From assembly GCA_023957245.1 (NCBI GenBank), contig JAMLHJ010000001.1:145273-209272 (forward strand): a stretch of DNA of 64,000 nt, given 5' to 3'. The notes beneath the pieces are model-generated. The model did not search any database. It had not been told where the DNA came from and worked only from the letters and a program-made list of their open reading frames with translations. Shown piece after piece: positions 31,371-41,285 of the stretch (positions are counted from its first letter, which is position 1; each line of letters opens with the position of its first letter). The position numbers and the translations under genes are program-made. The stretch is from Chitinophagales bacterium (lineage in GTDB: Bacteria; Bacteroidota; Bacteroidia; Chitinophagales; JADIYW01).

Positions 31371-33107
31371 ATGTCAGGAATTACCGGGTTTTATCTGCAA
31401 AACGAAAAGGGAAAGTTGCAAATCGCAATAAAAAATATGCTTGCCACTGTTCAACATCGAGGCAAATATCACCAATCTATATATACTGATTTTCATCCAT
31501 TTTATATTGCTCATGCCTCTTCTGAAGTTTCTTCCAACAATAATGAAATAAACATTTCTGGGAACAAATACCTTTTTTTTCTTGATGGCTACATTTCCAA
31601 CTTCAAACAAATTAAAGATTCTTTAGCAATTCCATCTGATGATATTTCAATCATTATTTTGAATGCATATTTGAAATATGGCAAGAAAGTATTTGGAAAA
31701 TTAACAGGGAAATTTGCTATCGTAATTTATGATCATTCCCAACAGGAAATTATATTAGCTAGAGATTATTTAGGTCAAAAACCTTTATACTACACACAAA
31801 AAAAAGGATTTGCATTCTCTTCTGAATTGAATGCATTCAAGGAGGTATTAGGTGAGTTGCAACTATCTATGCAAGGTATGAACGAATTTTTGAGTATTGG
31901 ATATACTTTACAACCTCATACTATTTATGAAGATATTTTCATCATTCCACCTGCTTCGTACTTAGTCTATAATATTTCTAGTCATTTAGTTCAAATAGTA
32001 GAATACGAACAAATTGGCCATTATTATGCCAATAAGCATCAAGATAAATATGCTGATATTCTTCAAAATGTAAATGCGATATTTCAAAATTCATGTAATA
32101 ACTATCCACAAGCAGACAATAAATTAGCTGTTTTTCTAAGCAGTGGACTTGATTCATGTGCTGTACTTTCTGCTATACACAAGAATAAAAACAATAATAT
32201 TCTTGCACACACTATCTCTTATGGCAAATCAAAGTATGATGAAAGTATATTGGCTCAAAAAATAGCTCAACATTATAATGTACAACATCAAATAATTGAC
32301 TTATCTCAAATTGACAAAGAAGATTTTGACAGATACCTGCAAACTACTGACTATGTAAATTTTGACAATTCTTCATATCCCATTTATCTTTTGTCTAGAG
32401 TAGCTTCTCAGAATGTAAATTTGGCTTTAACAGGCGATGGCGGGGATGAGCTATTTGGAGGATATACAACTTACAAAGCAGACACAATTAATCAAATAAT
32501 TAAGCCAATTATTCCTCTAATAAAAAAATCTATTTTTCAAAAATCAATCCTAAAAATAACTAGTAACAAGAATGATAAATTGGGTTTTGCTACTAAAATG
32601 AATCGTTTTCTAAATGGAATTGATACAGATATACAAAAAGCCCATTATCAATGGAAACTTATCTTCAATCCACAACAGAGAATATCTCTATTGGGCGAAA
32701 AGTATAAAGAACTTATATACGATACAGACCCATTTTATAAATTCCAAAGAATCTATCATCAAGTGCCACACTTGGAGCAAAAAGACCAACATATCTATGT
32801 TGATATGAAAACTTGGTTTGCAGATAATAATCTAATTAAGTTGGATCGTTCTACAATGGCATATTCATTGGAAACATACGCTCCTTTTCTTGATAAAGAT
32901 TTATTTAAATATGTAGCAGCTTGCCCTTCAAAATATAAAAACAATAAACAAATTTTAAAGGACGTATTAAAAAACACACTCCCCAATTATATCATCAAAC
33001 GCAAAAAGTCAGGATTCAATAGCCCTGTCCATCAATGGTTTGATATTCAAGAAGATGAATTTGAATATTACACTCAACTTCTTTATTTTAGGAAATATAC
33101 TTTATAA
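31371..33107 (+). CDS. asnB: Asparagine synthetase B-like amidotransferase lacking the catalytic N-terminal Cys
   Basis: HRG, RDYLGQKPLYY, FLSSGLDS, LTGDGGDELFGGY, DRSTMAYSLE..PFLD, KKSGF. Begins MSGITG instead of MCGI.G. Confidence 0.8.
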   Translation: MSGITGFYLQNEKGKLQIAIKNMLATVQHRGKYHQSIYTDFHPFYIAHASSEVSSNNNEINISGNKYLFFLDGYISNFKQIKDSLAIPSDDISIIILNAYLKYGKKVFGKLTGKFAIVIYDHSQQEIILARDYLGQKPLYYTQKKGFAFSSELNAFKEVLGELQLSMQGMNEFLSIGYTLQPHTIYEDIFIIPPASYLVYNISSHLVQIVEYEQIGHYYANKHQDKYADILQNVNAIFQNSCNNYPQADNKLAVFLSSGLDSCAVLSAIHKNKNNNILAHTISYGKSKYDESILAQKIAQHYNVQHQIIDLSQIDKEDFDRYLQTTDYVNFDNSSYPIYLLSRVASQNVNLALTGDGGDELFGGYTTYKADTINQIIKPIIPLIKKSIFQKSILKITSNKNDKLGFATKMNRFLNGIDTDIQKAHYQWKLIFNPQQRISLLGEKYKELIYDTDPFYKFQRIYHQVPHLEQKDQHIYVDMKTWFADNNLIKLDRSTMAYSLETYAPFLDKDLFKYVAACPSKYKNNKQILKDVLKNTLPNYIIKRKKSGFNSPVHQWFDIQEDEFEYYTQLLYFRKYTL

Positions 33108-33121
33108 TTCTAGATTAAAAA

Positions 33122-33985
33122 ATGCCGAAAAATATTTTCACAATTGACTATGAAGATTGGATGACAACTAGTCATTATAAGGCAGTTGTTAAAGACACTA
33201 ACAAAAAGTATCTCTTAGAAAAACCTACTCATCAATTATTAGACTTATTGGAGCGTCATCAAGTTAAAGCAACTTTCTTCGTATTAGGTCAGGTAGCAAA
33301 AGATTGTTCACTACTTATTAGGGCTATTAACAATAAAGGACATGAAATAGCTAATCATGGATATAGCCATACACCTATACATTTTCTTTCTCCAAATGAT
33401 TTCATTCATGAGCTCAGAGAAACCAATAAAATATTAGAAGATATTACACAAAAAAAAGTAAAAGGATTCAGAGCACCATTTTTCTCTCTCAATCAAAAGA
33501 GCCCTTGGGTAATAGATACACTTATAGAAGAAGGTTTTGTTTATGACTCAAGTATTTTTCCTATGAAAACACCCAGATACGGAGTCAACAAAGCCCCCTT
33601 AAAACCATATTATATCTCTTCAGAAAATATATTAAGACACTCTCAACAACAAGAATTAATAGAGTTTCCCATATCTATTTATAAAAGTAATTTTTTAAAA
33701 ATACCCAGTGCTGGTGGAATTTATGGTCGATTCCTACCTGAGAAAATTTTCCTTAAATTATTGAAAGAAATTCATAAGCAAAATCTCATTCATCTATATA
33801 TTCATCCTTGGGAATTAATTAATAAAAGGGAATTAGCTCCACATCCAGGATGGATAAAGAATATACTTGCAAACTATAATTCTGAACAATATATAAATAA
33901 GTTGGAAAAGGCAATTCAGCTATTTCAATTTACAAATATTGAAACTTGGATTGCTGAAAATAAGAGCTATTTCAATCAGTATTAA
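33122..33985 (+). CDS. Polysaccharide deacetylase (CE4, DUF3473-type)
   Basis: FTIDYEDW, ATFFVLG, HEIANHGYSH, GFRAPFFS, YDSSIFP, YIHPWE. Confidence 0.88.
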   Translation: MPKNIFTIDYEDWMTTSHYKAVVKDTNKKYLLEKPTHQLLDLLERHQVKATFFVLGQVAKDCSLLIRAINNKGHEIANHGYSHTPIHFLSPNDFIHELRETNKILEDITQKKVKGFRAPFFSLNQKSPWVIDTLIEEGFVYDSSIFPMKTPRYGVNKAPLKPYYISSENILRHSQQQELIEFPISIYKSNFLKIPSAGGIYGRFLPEKIFLKLLKEIHKQNLIHLYIHPWELINKRELAPHPGWIKNILANYNSEQYINKLEKAIQLFQFTNIETWIAENKSYFNQY

Positions 33986-34839
33986 CCTCTGTTAGACTTC
34001 AAATATCGTTGCTTCCAAAAAAACATTTTTGCCATTAAAAAAGATATTTTTGGAATCACCAACAAGACATTCATTTTACTTACTCTTTCTTTTTTATAAA
34101 TTGGAGTTATTGGAACTTCTATAACTCGACTATTCAATACACTTAATCTGACCAAAACATCATTGACATAGCCATATTTATTATAAATAGCTGAGATATC
34201 TATTTTCTTTAAAGTAGATAGATGAATAGCAGTAAAACCAGATTGAGCATCCTCAATAAAATGATAACCAGAACAAACTCTTGTAAAAAATGCAAGGACA
34301 TATATACCTATTAAACGAACAAACGGAATAATTTGATTAAAATTTGGATGACTGAGTCTATTACCTTTAGTATAATCAGCTTGTCCATTAATGACTGGCA
34401 TACATATTTGTTCTAATTCTTTTGGGCACATCTGACCATCTCCATCCATTGTAGCGATACAACTAGTATTGAGCAATTTAGCTATTTGATACCCTGACTT
34501 CACTCCTGCTCCTTTACCTAGATTGGTTGAATGCTGAATGATGATATACTGTGTACCATCATTATATAGATTTATCTCATCACACAAGCATTCGATTTCT
34601 TTTAAAGAACCTATATAAGTCTTACTTTTCGCTTCTGACCTAGAATCAATATTATCTTTAGCTACCAAAACACTCTTGTCAGTACTTCCATCATCTACTA
34701 GAATAATAAAATCAACAAAAATTGGAATCGTGCTTATGACCTCTGACAGACTTTTCTCCTCATTAAAAAAAGGAATAATTAAAGTAACTTTCTGTTGATT
34801 AAGCATAAAAACAAAATACTGCTGAGTATTATTATACAA
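33982..34839 (-). CDS. GT2 glycosyltransferase (DPM1-like)
   Basis: IPFFNEE, VDDGSTD, N.GKGAG, DGDGQM, KGNR, DAQSGFTAI. Confidence 0.85.
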   Translation of the reverse strand: MYNNTQQYFVFMLNQQKVTLIIPFFNEEKSLSEVISTIPIFVDFIILVDDGSTDKSVLVAKDNIDSRSEAKSKTYIGSLKEIECLCDEINLYNDGTQYIIIQHSTNLGKGAGVKSGYQIAKLLNTSCIATMDGDGQMCPKELEQICMPVINGQADYTKGNRLSHPNFNQIIPFVRLIGIYVLAFFTRVCSGYHFIEDAQSGFTAIHLSTLKKIDISAIYNKYGYVNDVLVRLSVLNSRVIEVPITPIYKKERVSKMNVLLVIPKISFLMAKMFFWKQRYLKSNRG

Positions 34840-34881
34840 ATATATGAAGCAAGATAAAAATTAAATTAACATTCCCATACA

Positions 34882-35640
34882 TTATAAGTTAATTTCCCTA
34901 ACTGGCGTATGAGATTTAATGGTATCTGTAAATTGTAATTGATATTCATTGATTATTGTCTTCATATAAGGAGAATGACTATATAAATAAAATAATACCT
35001 TATTAAATAGATTTAATGGAAAAGGAAATTTTCTAAATAAGTCTAGATACAAAACTGCTCTGATTTCATCAGTATTATTTTTAACCTCATGCTCAAAAAC
35101 TTCATCAAAATATATTGCTTCCCCAGCTTCAAAAAAATATTGCTTACCATCCACTCTAATCCAACAATCTCCACCCTTCTTGACTGACAAAGTAAAAAGA
35201 CATCTCATCACGCCTTTATAAACTCCGAAATGAGGTTTTATATGTTTATAAGGCAATAACACTGAATACATTGCACTTGTACAACCTGGAATCTGCTTAA
35301 TTACTTCAAAAGTATTTGGGCACAATCTTATATTTCTTTCAAAAGTATTATTCCACATCAAAAATGGGAAGGCCTTCCATTGATTATCAATTCCAATATC
35401 TGTATTGACTTTATAAAAATCCTCTATATTAGTCAAATCATTACTGAGATAAACTTTTTCAAACTCTTCTTTGATTATCTGTAAATTATCCTTTAATAAA
35501 TTATCAAATGGCACTTTAGAAGCATCTATAACATCAATATCTCTGCCTATAAGATTTACACAGCGATTAAATAGCCAAATTAAAAACAAACCAGGGAACA
35601 ATACAATGTTATACCAAATTCCTCTCTCTACTTTTTCCAT
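34882..35640 (-). CDS. AspH/LpxO-family Fe/2OG dioxygenase 3
   Basis: IKEEF, AMYSVL.P..HIKPHFGVYKGVMR, FDEVFEHEV.N.T...R.VLYLD. Confidence 0.88.
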   Translation of the reverse strand: MEKVERGIWYNIVLFPGLFLIWLFNRCVNLIGRDIDVIDASKVPFDNLLKDNLQIIKEEFEKVYLSNDLTNIEDFYKVNTDIGIDNQWKAFPFLMWNNTFERNIRLCPNTFEVIKQIPGCTSAMYSVLLPYKHIKPHFGVYKGVMRCLFTLSVKKGGDCWIRVDGKQYFFEAGEAIYFDEVFEHEVKNNTDEIRAVLYLDLFRKFPFPLNLFNKVLFYLYSHSPYMKTIINEYQLQFTDTIKSHTPVREINL

Positions 35641-36444
35641 TTATCTTTTCTTAAATTTTAAAAAAGAAGCAATTTTTGAAATATCAATTCCGAATTTTTC
35701 TTGTAAAAAGAATAAAAAGTAAAATGGTATAATAAAAATATTAAACAATAATTTTGTCAGCCAAATAGGAATATCTTTCAATCTAGGAAACTTAGTAGTA
35801 AACATCTTCATTGTAATAATTGCTAAAGATGCAGCACATAAATATGTTTTTTTATCGACATAATCTGGATGAACAGTATCCACTAAAAGTACGATTCTAT
35901 GCTTATCTGTATTATTCCAAGCAAAATGCCTATGTGATTCACTAAATGCAAAAACTCCACCTTCTTCCCAACATTTATTTTCAGTCCTCACTCTTATTCC
36001 TAAATCTGGATATTTACCTGGAATAAAAATCCCTAAATGATACCGAAGCAATGCATTACTACCTGAAATGTGTGCCTTTATTCTCGTATTAGGATTTAAC
36101 ACACTGATTTGTGCACCTACCATATTGGGAATCTGCTTTAAAACACTATTAAGCTTAGGAAATTTATTAATATTATCAATATTCTTTAAAGTAAATCCAT
36201 AAAAATTTAAGACTTGCCAGTTGATATTATGATAGTTATGAGGAACATACATAGGCTCAAAACCTGGTCGGTTTGAATTATAATAGTCAATTATCTCATC
36301 TCTTATTTCTTCAAAATTATCCTTGAGTAGCTTTGTTGTAATAGTATTCTCAACATTGACAAATGATGGTAGTTTTCCTTTATACCAATTGCCATAAAGA
36401 TTAAAATATATAGGTTCTCGTTTCAAAATAGCTGAATAATTCAC
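35641..36444 (-). CDS. AspH/LpxO-family Fe/2OG dioxygenase 4 (close paralog of 22426-23223)
   Basis: PNTRIKAHISGSNALLRYHLGI, WEEGG, HRHFAWN. GTG start. Stop abuts the start of the next gene. Confidence 0.85.
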   Translation of the reverse strand: MNYSAILKREPIYFNLYGNWYKGKLPSFVNVENTITTKLLKDNFEEIRDEIIDYYNSNRPGFEPMYVPHNYHNINWQVLNFYGFTLKNIDNINKFPKLNSVLKQIPNMVGAQISVLNPNTRIKAHISGSNALLRYHLGIFIPGKYPDLGIRVRTENKCWEEGGVFAFSESHRHFAWNNTDKHRIVLLVDTVHPDYVDKKTYLCAASLAIITMKMFTTKFPRLKDIPIWLTKLLFNIFIIPFYFLFFLQEKFGIDISKIASFLKFKKR

Positions 36445-36566
36445 TCCTTAAATATACTAAAGAATATAAATAATCTACATGAAAAAGAATACGAAAGAAG
36501 AAACATGGACAAATAACTCCTTTTTAAATAAAATGAGAAGAATAACTTACAATAAAACAATAGAAG

Positions 36567-37634
36567 TTGCTGTTCGATTTATGGAAACTACTATCTTTAA
36601 TAAAAAATATTATTCCCATGAGACCTGCAAATGTCAATACTTTTGATTGGTGGTTATATAACATTATGTTTTTCATTGAACACTTTATAGGTACAAAACT
36701 TTCTCACTCGCTTTTTAATAATCTTCATAAAAAGATACAGAATAGAATAAGTCATTCTGATGGTATTGAACAGCGAGCTATAGTGTTTCCTACTGCATCT
36801 ATTGAATACAATAGTTTCGAAGAATTCAAATCAAAAAATCCCGACTACTATAAGTCGATAGCAATATTTAGAGGAGTAACCAAAGATTGGGAATCTACAA
36901 AAAAATGGAATAAAGATTTTTTTAAAAATGAATATGGTGCAACAAAAATTAATTTAATTGATAATGCTGGATTAGTGGATCCAGAAGTAGAGAATAAATT
37001 TAAAGAGACCAATTTTAAAGATTATTTCGATGAGGCAGAAACTGATAAAAGTAAATACCTGCGATTTTCAAGGATACTAGACCACAATCCTCACTTGTTA
37101 AAAGATTTGGATATGGATTGGCTAAGACAATTTAATCACGGAAAAACAGATGGAGGAACATATATGTTTATCGGCGAAGGAGGAACTAAAACTCCTATGC
37201 ATAATGCAATTGCCCACACCTTATTTATTCAAGTCAAAGGAGATAAAAAATGGACAATATACGCTCCTAATGAAAGATTATTTTTGGATGCTAGGGCTGA
37301 AAGATTTCCATATTTCCGTACAGATGCAAATCCTCATCAATTAAACGATCCCAATTTCCCTCTATTAAAATATACTCAGCGATATGAATTTGTAATAAGT
37401 GAAGGAGATGTCTTGTGGATGCCTTCATTTTTTTGGCACTATGTCGAAAATCTCTCTTCAAATATTGGTGTTGCATATAAATTTACTAAAACTTTCGATT
37501 CTTTAAAAAACACCAAAATGCTAACAATATTGACTTATCTACAGACAAAACCTACTTTAATTTCTTACTTTATTAATAATAGATTTAGAAAACAAGACAA
37601 CCAATTTTCTAAAAAAACAAGTCAATATTCTTAA
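36567..37634 (+). CDS. JmjC/Cupin_8 Fe/2OG-type oxygenase with non-canonical HxA motif
   Basis: W..DFFK..YG, MFIGEGGTKTPMHNA, Q.KG.KKW, EGDVLWMPSFFWHYVEN. TTG start is uncertain. Confidence 0.8.
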   Translation: MLFDLWKLLSLIKNIIPMRPANVNTFDWWLYNIMFFIEHFIGTKLSHSLFNNLHKKIQNRISHSDGIEQRAIVFPTASIEYNSFEEFKSKNPDYYKSIAIFRGVTKDWESTKKWNKDFFKNEYGATKINLIDNAGLVDPEVENKFKETNFKDYFDEAETDKSKYLRFSRILDHNPHLLKDLDMDWLRQFNHGKTDGGTYMFIGEGGTKTPMHNAIAHTLFIQVKGDKKWTIYAPNERLFLDARAERFPYFRTDANPHQLNDPNFPLLKYTQRYEFVISEGDVLWMPSFFWHYVENLSSNIGVAYKFTKTFDSLKNTKMLTILTYLQTKPTLISYFINNRFRKQDNQFSKKTSQYS

Positions 37635-37636
37635 TA

Positions 37637-39418
37637 TTAAGGATTCTTTTCAAATGTATCCAAGTAATAATAATTAAAATCATAGCGACCTGGCATAAGA
37701 GAATAATGAATTTGATTTAGTGCTGATAAATTAGGGAGCTTCTTGAATCTCAATTTATAATTATGCATCTCTAATGCATATTCTTCAATAAAATTATGAC
37801 GAAGTTCTTCTGTCATCACAAAGACAAACTTTTCTTTATTCTGAGATATACAATCATAAAAGCTAATAAAATCTGAACATTGACATATTCGATTTAATGC
37901 TCTTACATTATCAGGAACAAAGTTACTCCATGATTCAAAATGAGTAATATATTTATTGGTAGCATTTAGTTCTACTTTCCCTAATAAAGATGTATGCAAT
38001 AAAGAAAGTGACCAGATATCAAAAAGCAATATTTTATCCGTAAAAGAATGGTTAATTTCTGTAATAAAATTTCTTTTCAATTCTTCTTCATGTTTTCGAT
38101 CAATACTAATCTGTATATATTTATTATGCTGATAAGCAATTATAGGCACTAAAACGAATAGTATTAACCATTTTCTCTGATTACTTAATGATTTTATTTG
38201 AAGTTGAGAGAGCGTAACTAGTGAAACAAGTGAGATAATTGTAATACTAGGCAAGGCAACTCTAGACTCCAATTTATAAAATAGTAAAACAACACTTAAT
38301 AATCCTATAATTGCTATAAGAAAAGCAGTGTGATTATATATTAACTGTGGATTTTTTCTTTTATAAAATACAAAAAACAACACTCCTAATATGAAATTTA
38401 TAAAAAGTAAGAATATATAATTATACCACCAATTTGAACCCTCAGAATATTCCTCATTATAACCATCCTTAGCTTTATGTACTTCATAAGCAACCTTTAA
38501 TGGGATATTTCTCAGATTGTAAATAGAGTACAATTTGTTAGAACCCCATTTAGAAAGTAAAGAATCTGAGATTAAAGTAGAATCTGGCCAGTAATATAGA
38601 AAAATAGATTTATATCTGAAATCACTATTAGATAATTCTGAAAATGATTCGTTGTACACATTTTTCCCATCTGTTAGGTTTTGGATATGGGAGATTTTTT
38701 CAACATTAGCTTGAATTTCAGGGCTTGTTTGTATTTTATAGATTAAAACACTTAAAAATACCGTGAAGACAAATAGCTTTATCACCTTATAAGAAGCTTT
38801 ATCTTTGTATCTCCATAAATAGATTATGAAAGGTACTGTCCATAAAAGGGCAACTTCTAATCTATTCAGAAATCCGAGCAAAAGAAATATTAAACATAAA
38901 AATATTTTTACTTTTCTTTTAATAGATGGTAAATCATACTCTAAAGTATTATGTAACAGTAAAACTGACACACCAACGAGCAATATTGATGTTTTAGTGA
39001 AGTTGACAAGTATAATACTATCCATCCAAAATAATAAATAGAAACTTGCAATAAAGAAGATAAAAAAAAATAGGTTGTTACGATAAAAGTTGTTGAACAA
39101 TCTTGTAAGCAAATAGATTAACATTGTAGTTGCTACAGTCAGATAAAAAACCGAAAAATAACCATACCATGGTTTATCAGGAATGAGTTTGTACAGTTCA
39201 TAATATAGTCGTGATATAAGTACTTGATTGGTGTACATTTGCTTAGCAGGAGCAGCCAAACCAATACCCTTTAAATAATTACTCTGCAATACATCATCAA
39301 TCCAACCATAGTGAAAACCATAAGTGAAATAGGTTATAATTAATAACAAACACGATAAGATTATTGATGTTAGGAGGCGATGCTCAGTCAAATAACGATA
39401 AAGTTTATTATTCAGCAT
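37637..39418 (-). CDS. Polytopic membrane protein, putative GT-C glycosyltransferase
   Basis: WIDD acidic motif after TM1, about 11 TM segments, soluble C-terminal domain. Family is inferred. Confidence 0.45.
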   Translation of the reverse strand: MLNNKLYRYLTEHRLLTSIILSCLLLIITYFTYGFHYGWIDDVLQSNYLKGIGLAAPAKQMYTNQVLISRLYYELYKLIPDKPWYGYFSVFYLTVATTMLIYLLTRLFNNFYRNNLFFFIFFIASFYLLFWMDSIILVNFTKTSILLVGVSVLLLHNTLEYDLPSIKRKVKIFLCLIFLLLGFLNRLEVALLWTVPFIIYLWRYKDKASYKVIKLFVFTVFLSVLIYKIQTSPEIQANVEKISHIQNLTDGKNVYNESFSELSNSDFRYKSIFLYYWPDSTLISDSLLSKWGSNKLYSIYNLRNIPLKVAYEVHKAKDGYNEEYSEGSNWWYNYIFLLFINFILGVLFFVFYKRKNPQLIYNHTAFLIAIIGLLSVVLLFYKLESRVALPSITIISLVSLVTLSQLQIKSLSNQRKWLILFVLVPIIAYQHNKYIQISIDRKHEEELKRNFITEINHSFTDKILLFDIWSLSLLHTSLLGKVELNATNKYITHFESWSNFVPDNVRALNRICQCSDFISFYDCISQNKEKFVFVMTEELRHNFIEEYALEMHNYKLRFKKLPNLSALNQIHYSLMPGRYDFNYYYLDTFEKNP

Positions 39419-39435
39419 AATAACAATTAAATCAT

Positions 39436-40557
39436 CTAAAGCCCTAAATAGTTAGGTGTTGATTTGAATTCATCTTCATACTCTTTATTGACACTCCTCA
39501 TCAATAAAGCTTCTCTAATCATCTTCCCTTGCCATTTCTGACCAGCTCCAGTACAAGTCAACAAACAAGGCATTTTACATTTTCCAAAATGAACTAATGA
39601 AGTAAGATAGTCAAGTCTTTTAGAACTTACCCAAATTTCATCTAATGGTTTATCACTATAAATATTCCCGATTTCTTGAGTACAAGTCATACAATGTCCA
39701 TGCTCAAATATAATAAGGAGAATAAACCATACTGGTAAACAATAATTTAAAGCTTCACTTTCTAATTCTTCTTTATGAAACACAAATTTCTGAAACGTTT
39801 TATAGTACCCATTATTAAATTTTTTGTCTTTCTTTATCAGCGTTGCCATGTGAAAAGCAAAATCTTCCTCTAACTCCTTTTTCTTGATATCAAACAAAAC
39901 ATCTTTGTTAGATGCTTCATCAAATCCTTCGTAATCATGAATTGGTTGAAACTTAACTTCATCTGCCCATTGTCTAAAAAAATCAACATATTCACTCACT
40001 TCATGATAATTATCTTTCATCACAACACCACGAATAAGAATATAAGGCTTCTTCTTATCACCTCTATTTTCAATAATATACTTAACACCCTCCAGAGCCT
40101 TCTCAAATGAACCTTTACGCCCTCTTATTTTATCATGTAATTCAGCAATATGACTATCAAAACTAATAGCTAAATAATCAATTTCATTTTCAATTAAAAA
40201 ATCTGCGTACTCTCTTAAATGAAATCCATTTGTATTCAGCATTATTTTCTTTCTTGCATTCTTAAGAATAAGAATTAACTCTTTGATATTGGGTACTAAA
40301 AAAGGCTCTCCTCCACTAATATCAACAACCATAGTTTTTGATTGAGCAATCTTGTGAGCGGCATAAATCAATTTTTCAGTATCAATTTTATCCCTATTGA
40401 GATGATGAGAACAATGCATACATTTCAGATTACACCTTTTAGTTAATCTCCATAATGTAATGGGTGGAGACAATTTCTTATATCCACTTATAAAACTAAG
40501 GTTCTTCATGCATTGACTATAAAAAGCAATCTTCTCTTTCTTTGATAAGAAATCCAT
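39436..40557 (-). CDS. Radical SAM protein with Cys-rich C-terminal SPASM/twitch-like domain
   Basis: CNLKCMHC, SGGEPF, NTNG, ISFDS. C-terminal C...C..C, IGN, EIW and C...C...C. Confidence 0.85.
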   Translation of the reverse strand: MDFLSKKEKIAFYSQCMKNLSFISGYKKLSPPITLWRLTKRCNLKCMHCSHHLNRDKIDTEKLIYAAHKIAQSKTMVVDISGGEPFLVPNIKELILILKNARKKIMLNTNGFHLREYADFLIENEIDYLAISFDSHIAELHDKIRGRKGSFEKALEGVKYIIENRGDKKKPYILIRGVVMKDNYHEVSEYVDFFRQWADEVKFQPIHDYEGFDEASNKDVLFDIKKKELEEDFAFHMATLIKKDKKFNNGYYKTFQKFVFHKEELESEALNYCLPVWFILLIIFEHGHCMTCTQEIGNIYSDKPLDEIWVSSKRLDYLTSLVHFGKCKMPCLLTCTGAGQKWQGKMIREALLMRSVNKEYEDEFKSTPNYLGL

Positions 40558-40616
40558 TCTGTGTAGCTAATAATAACTATTTAAAGATAAGTTTATTTAT
40601 TTCAAAAATCTATTTG

Positions 40617-41282
40617 CTATCTAAATCCTTTATGCATTTGAAAAAACATTTGCATCTTTTTCATAAATGTATAATTAGATTTCCCTTGAAATCTTGGATA
40701 ATAAGCTACTTCGAGATATTGAACATCCAAATTCTCAAAATAGCGATTAAGATGTCCTTCAAAATGTGTATACATGATAAATCTATCTTTATCGAATACT
40801 ACTGTGCGTTTAAAAATTTTAAAACTATCAGTAATAGGCTTCTTCCACAACTTATTAAGGAATCTGTTACGCAGATTTGCAAATCTATTATTCTTGCCTT
40901 GTATTTTGTACTTCTGAGGAGAAATTCCAAATACAACATCGGCATTAGTCTCTAAGATAAATTGGTATAGTTTTACAATATCGCTTGGACAGTACTCTAA
41001 ATCATCGTCAATAGTAACTATATATTTTCCAATACTTTTTGAAATTCCAAAAGCTGAAGTCCCTGGTAATCCAATATTTATTGAATTAAAATAAGATCTA
41101 ACAAACTTATATCTATCTGACAATAAACCTATTACCTCCTTAGTCCCATCATTACTAAAATCATCAACTAAAATCACTTCAAACAACACATCTAAAGAAC
41201 CGATAAATCTCTGAATCCTATTCAACATTTCAGGCAATATCAGCTTACTTTTATAAACTGGAATAACAATAGACAATTCCAC
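40617..41282 (-). CDS. GT2 glycosyltransferase (ArnC/DPM1-like)
   Basis: VIPVYKS, VDDFSNDGT, IDDDLEY, R..GKSNY. Confidence 0.82.
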   Translation of the reverse strand: MELSIVIPVYKSKLILPEMLNRIQRFIGSLDVLFEVILVDDFSNDGTKEVIGLLSDRYKFVRSYFNSINIGLPGTSAFGISKSIGKYIVTIDDDLEYCPSDIVKLYQFILETNADVVFGISPQKYKIQGKNNRFANLRNRFLNKLWKKPITDSFKIFKRTVVFDKDRFIMYTHFEGHLNRYFENLDVQYLEVAYYPRFQGKSNYTFMKKMQMFFQMHKGFR

Positions 41283-41285
41283 AAT

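Noticed and set aside
31371-33107. Lasso-peptide cyclase or RiPP interpretation of the Cys-less AsnB plus SPASM enzymes
   Set aside because: It retains full-length AsnB architecture. No precursor peptide, RRE/PqqD or B-protein peptidase was seen, and the context is sugar and lipid enzymes.
40542-40955. 137-aa plus-strand ORF
   Set aside because: It is antisense to a well-supported GT2 and overlaps the radical SAM start, so it is a shadow ORF.
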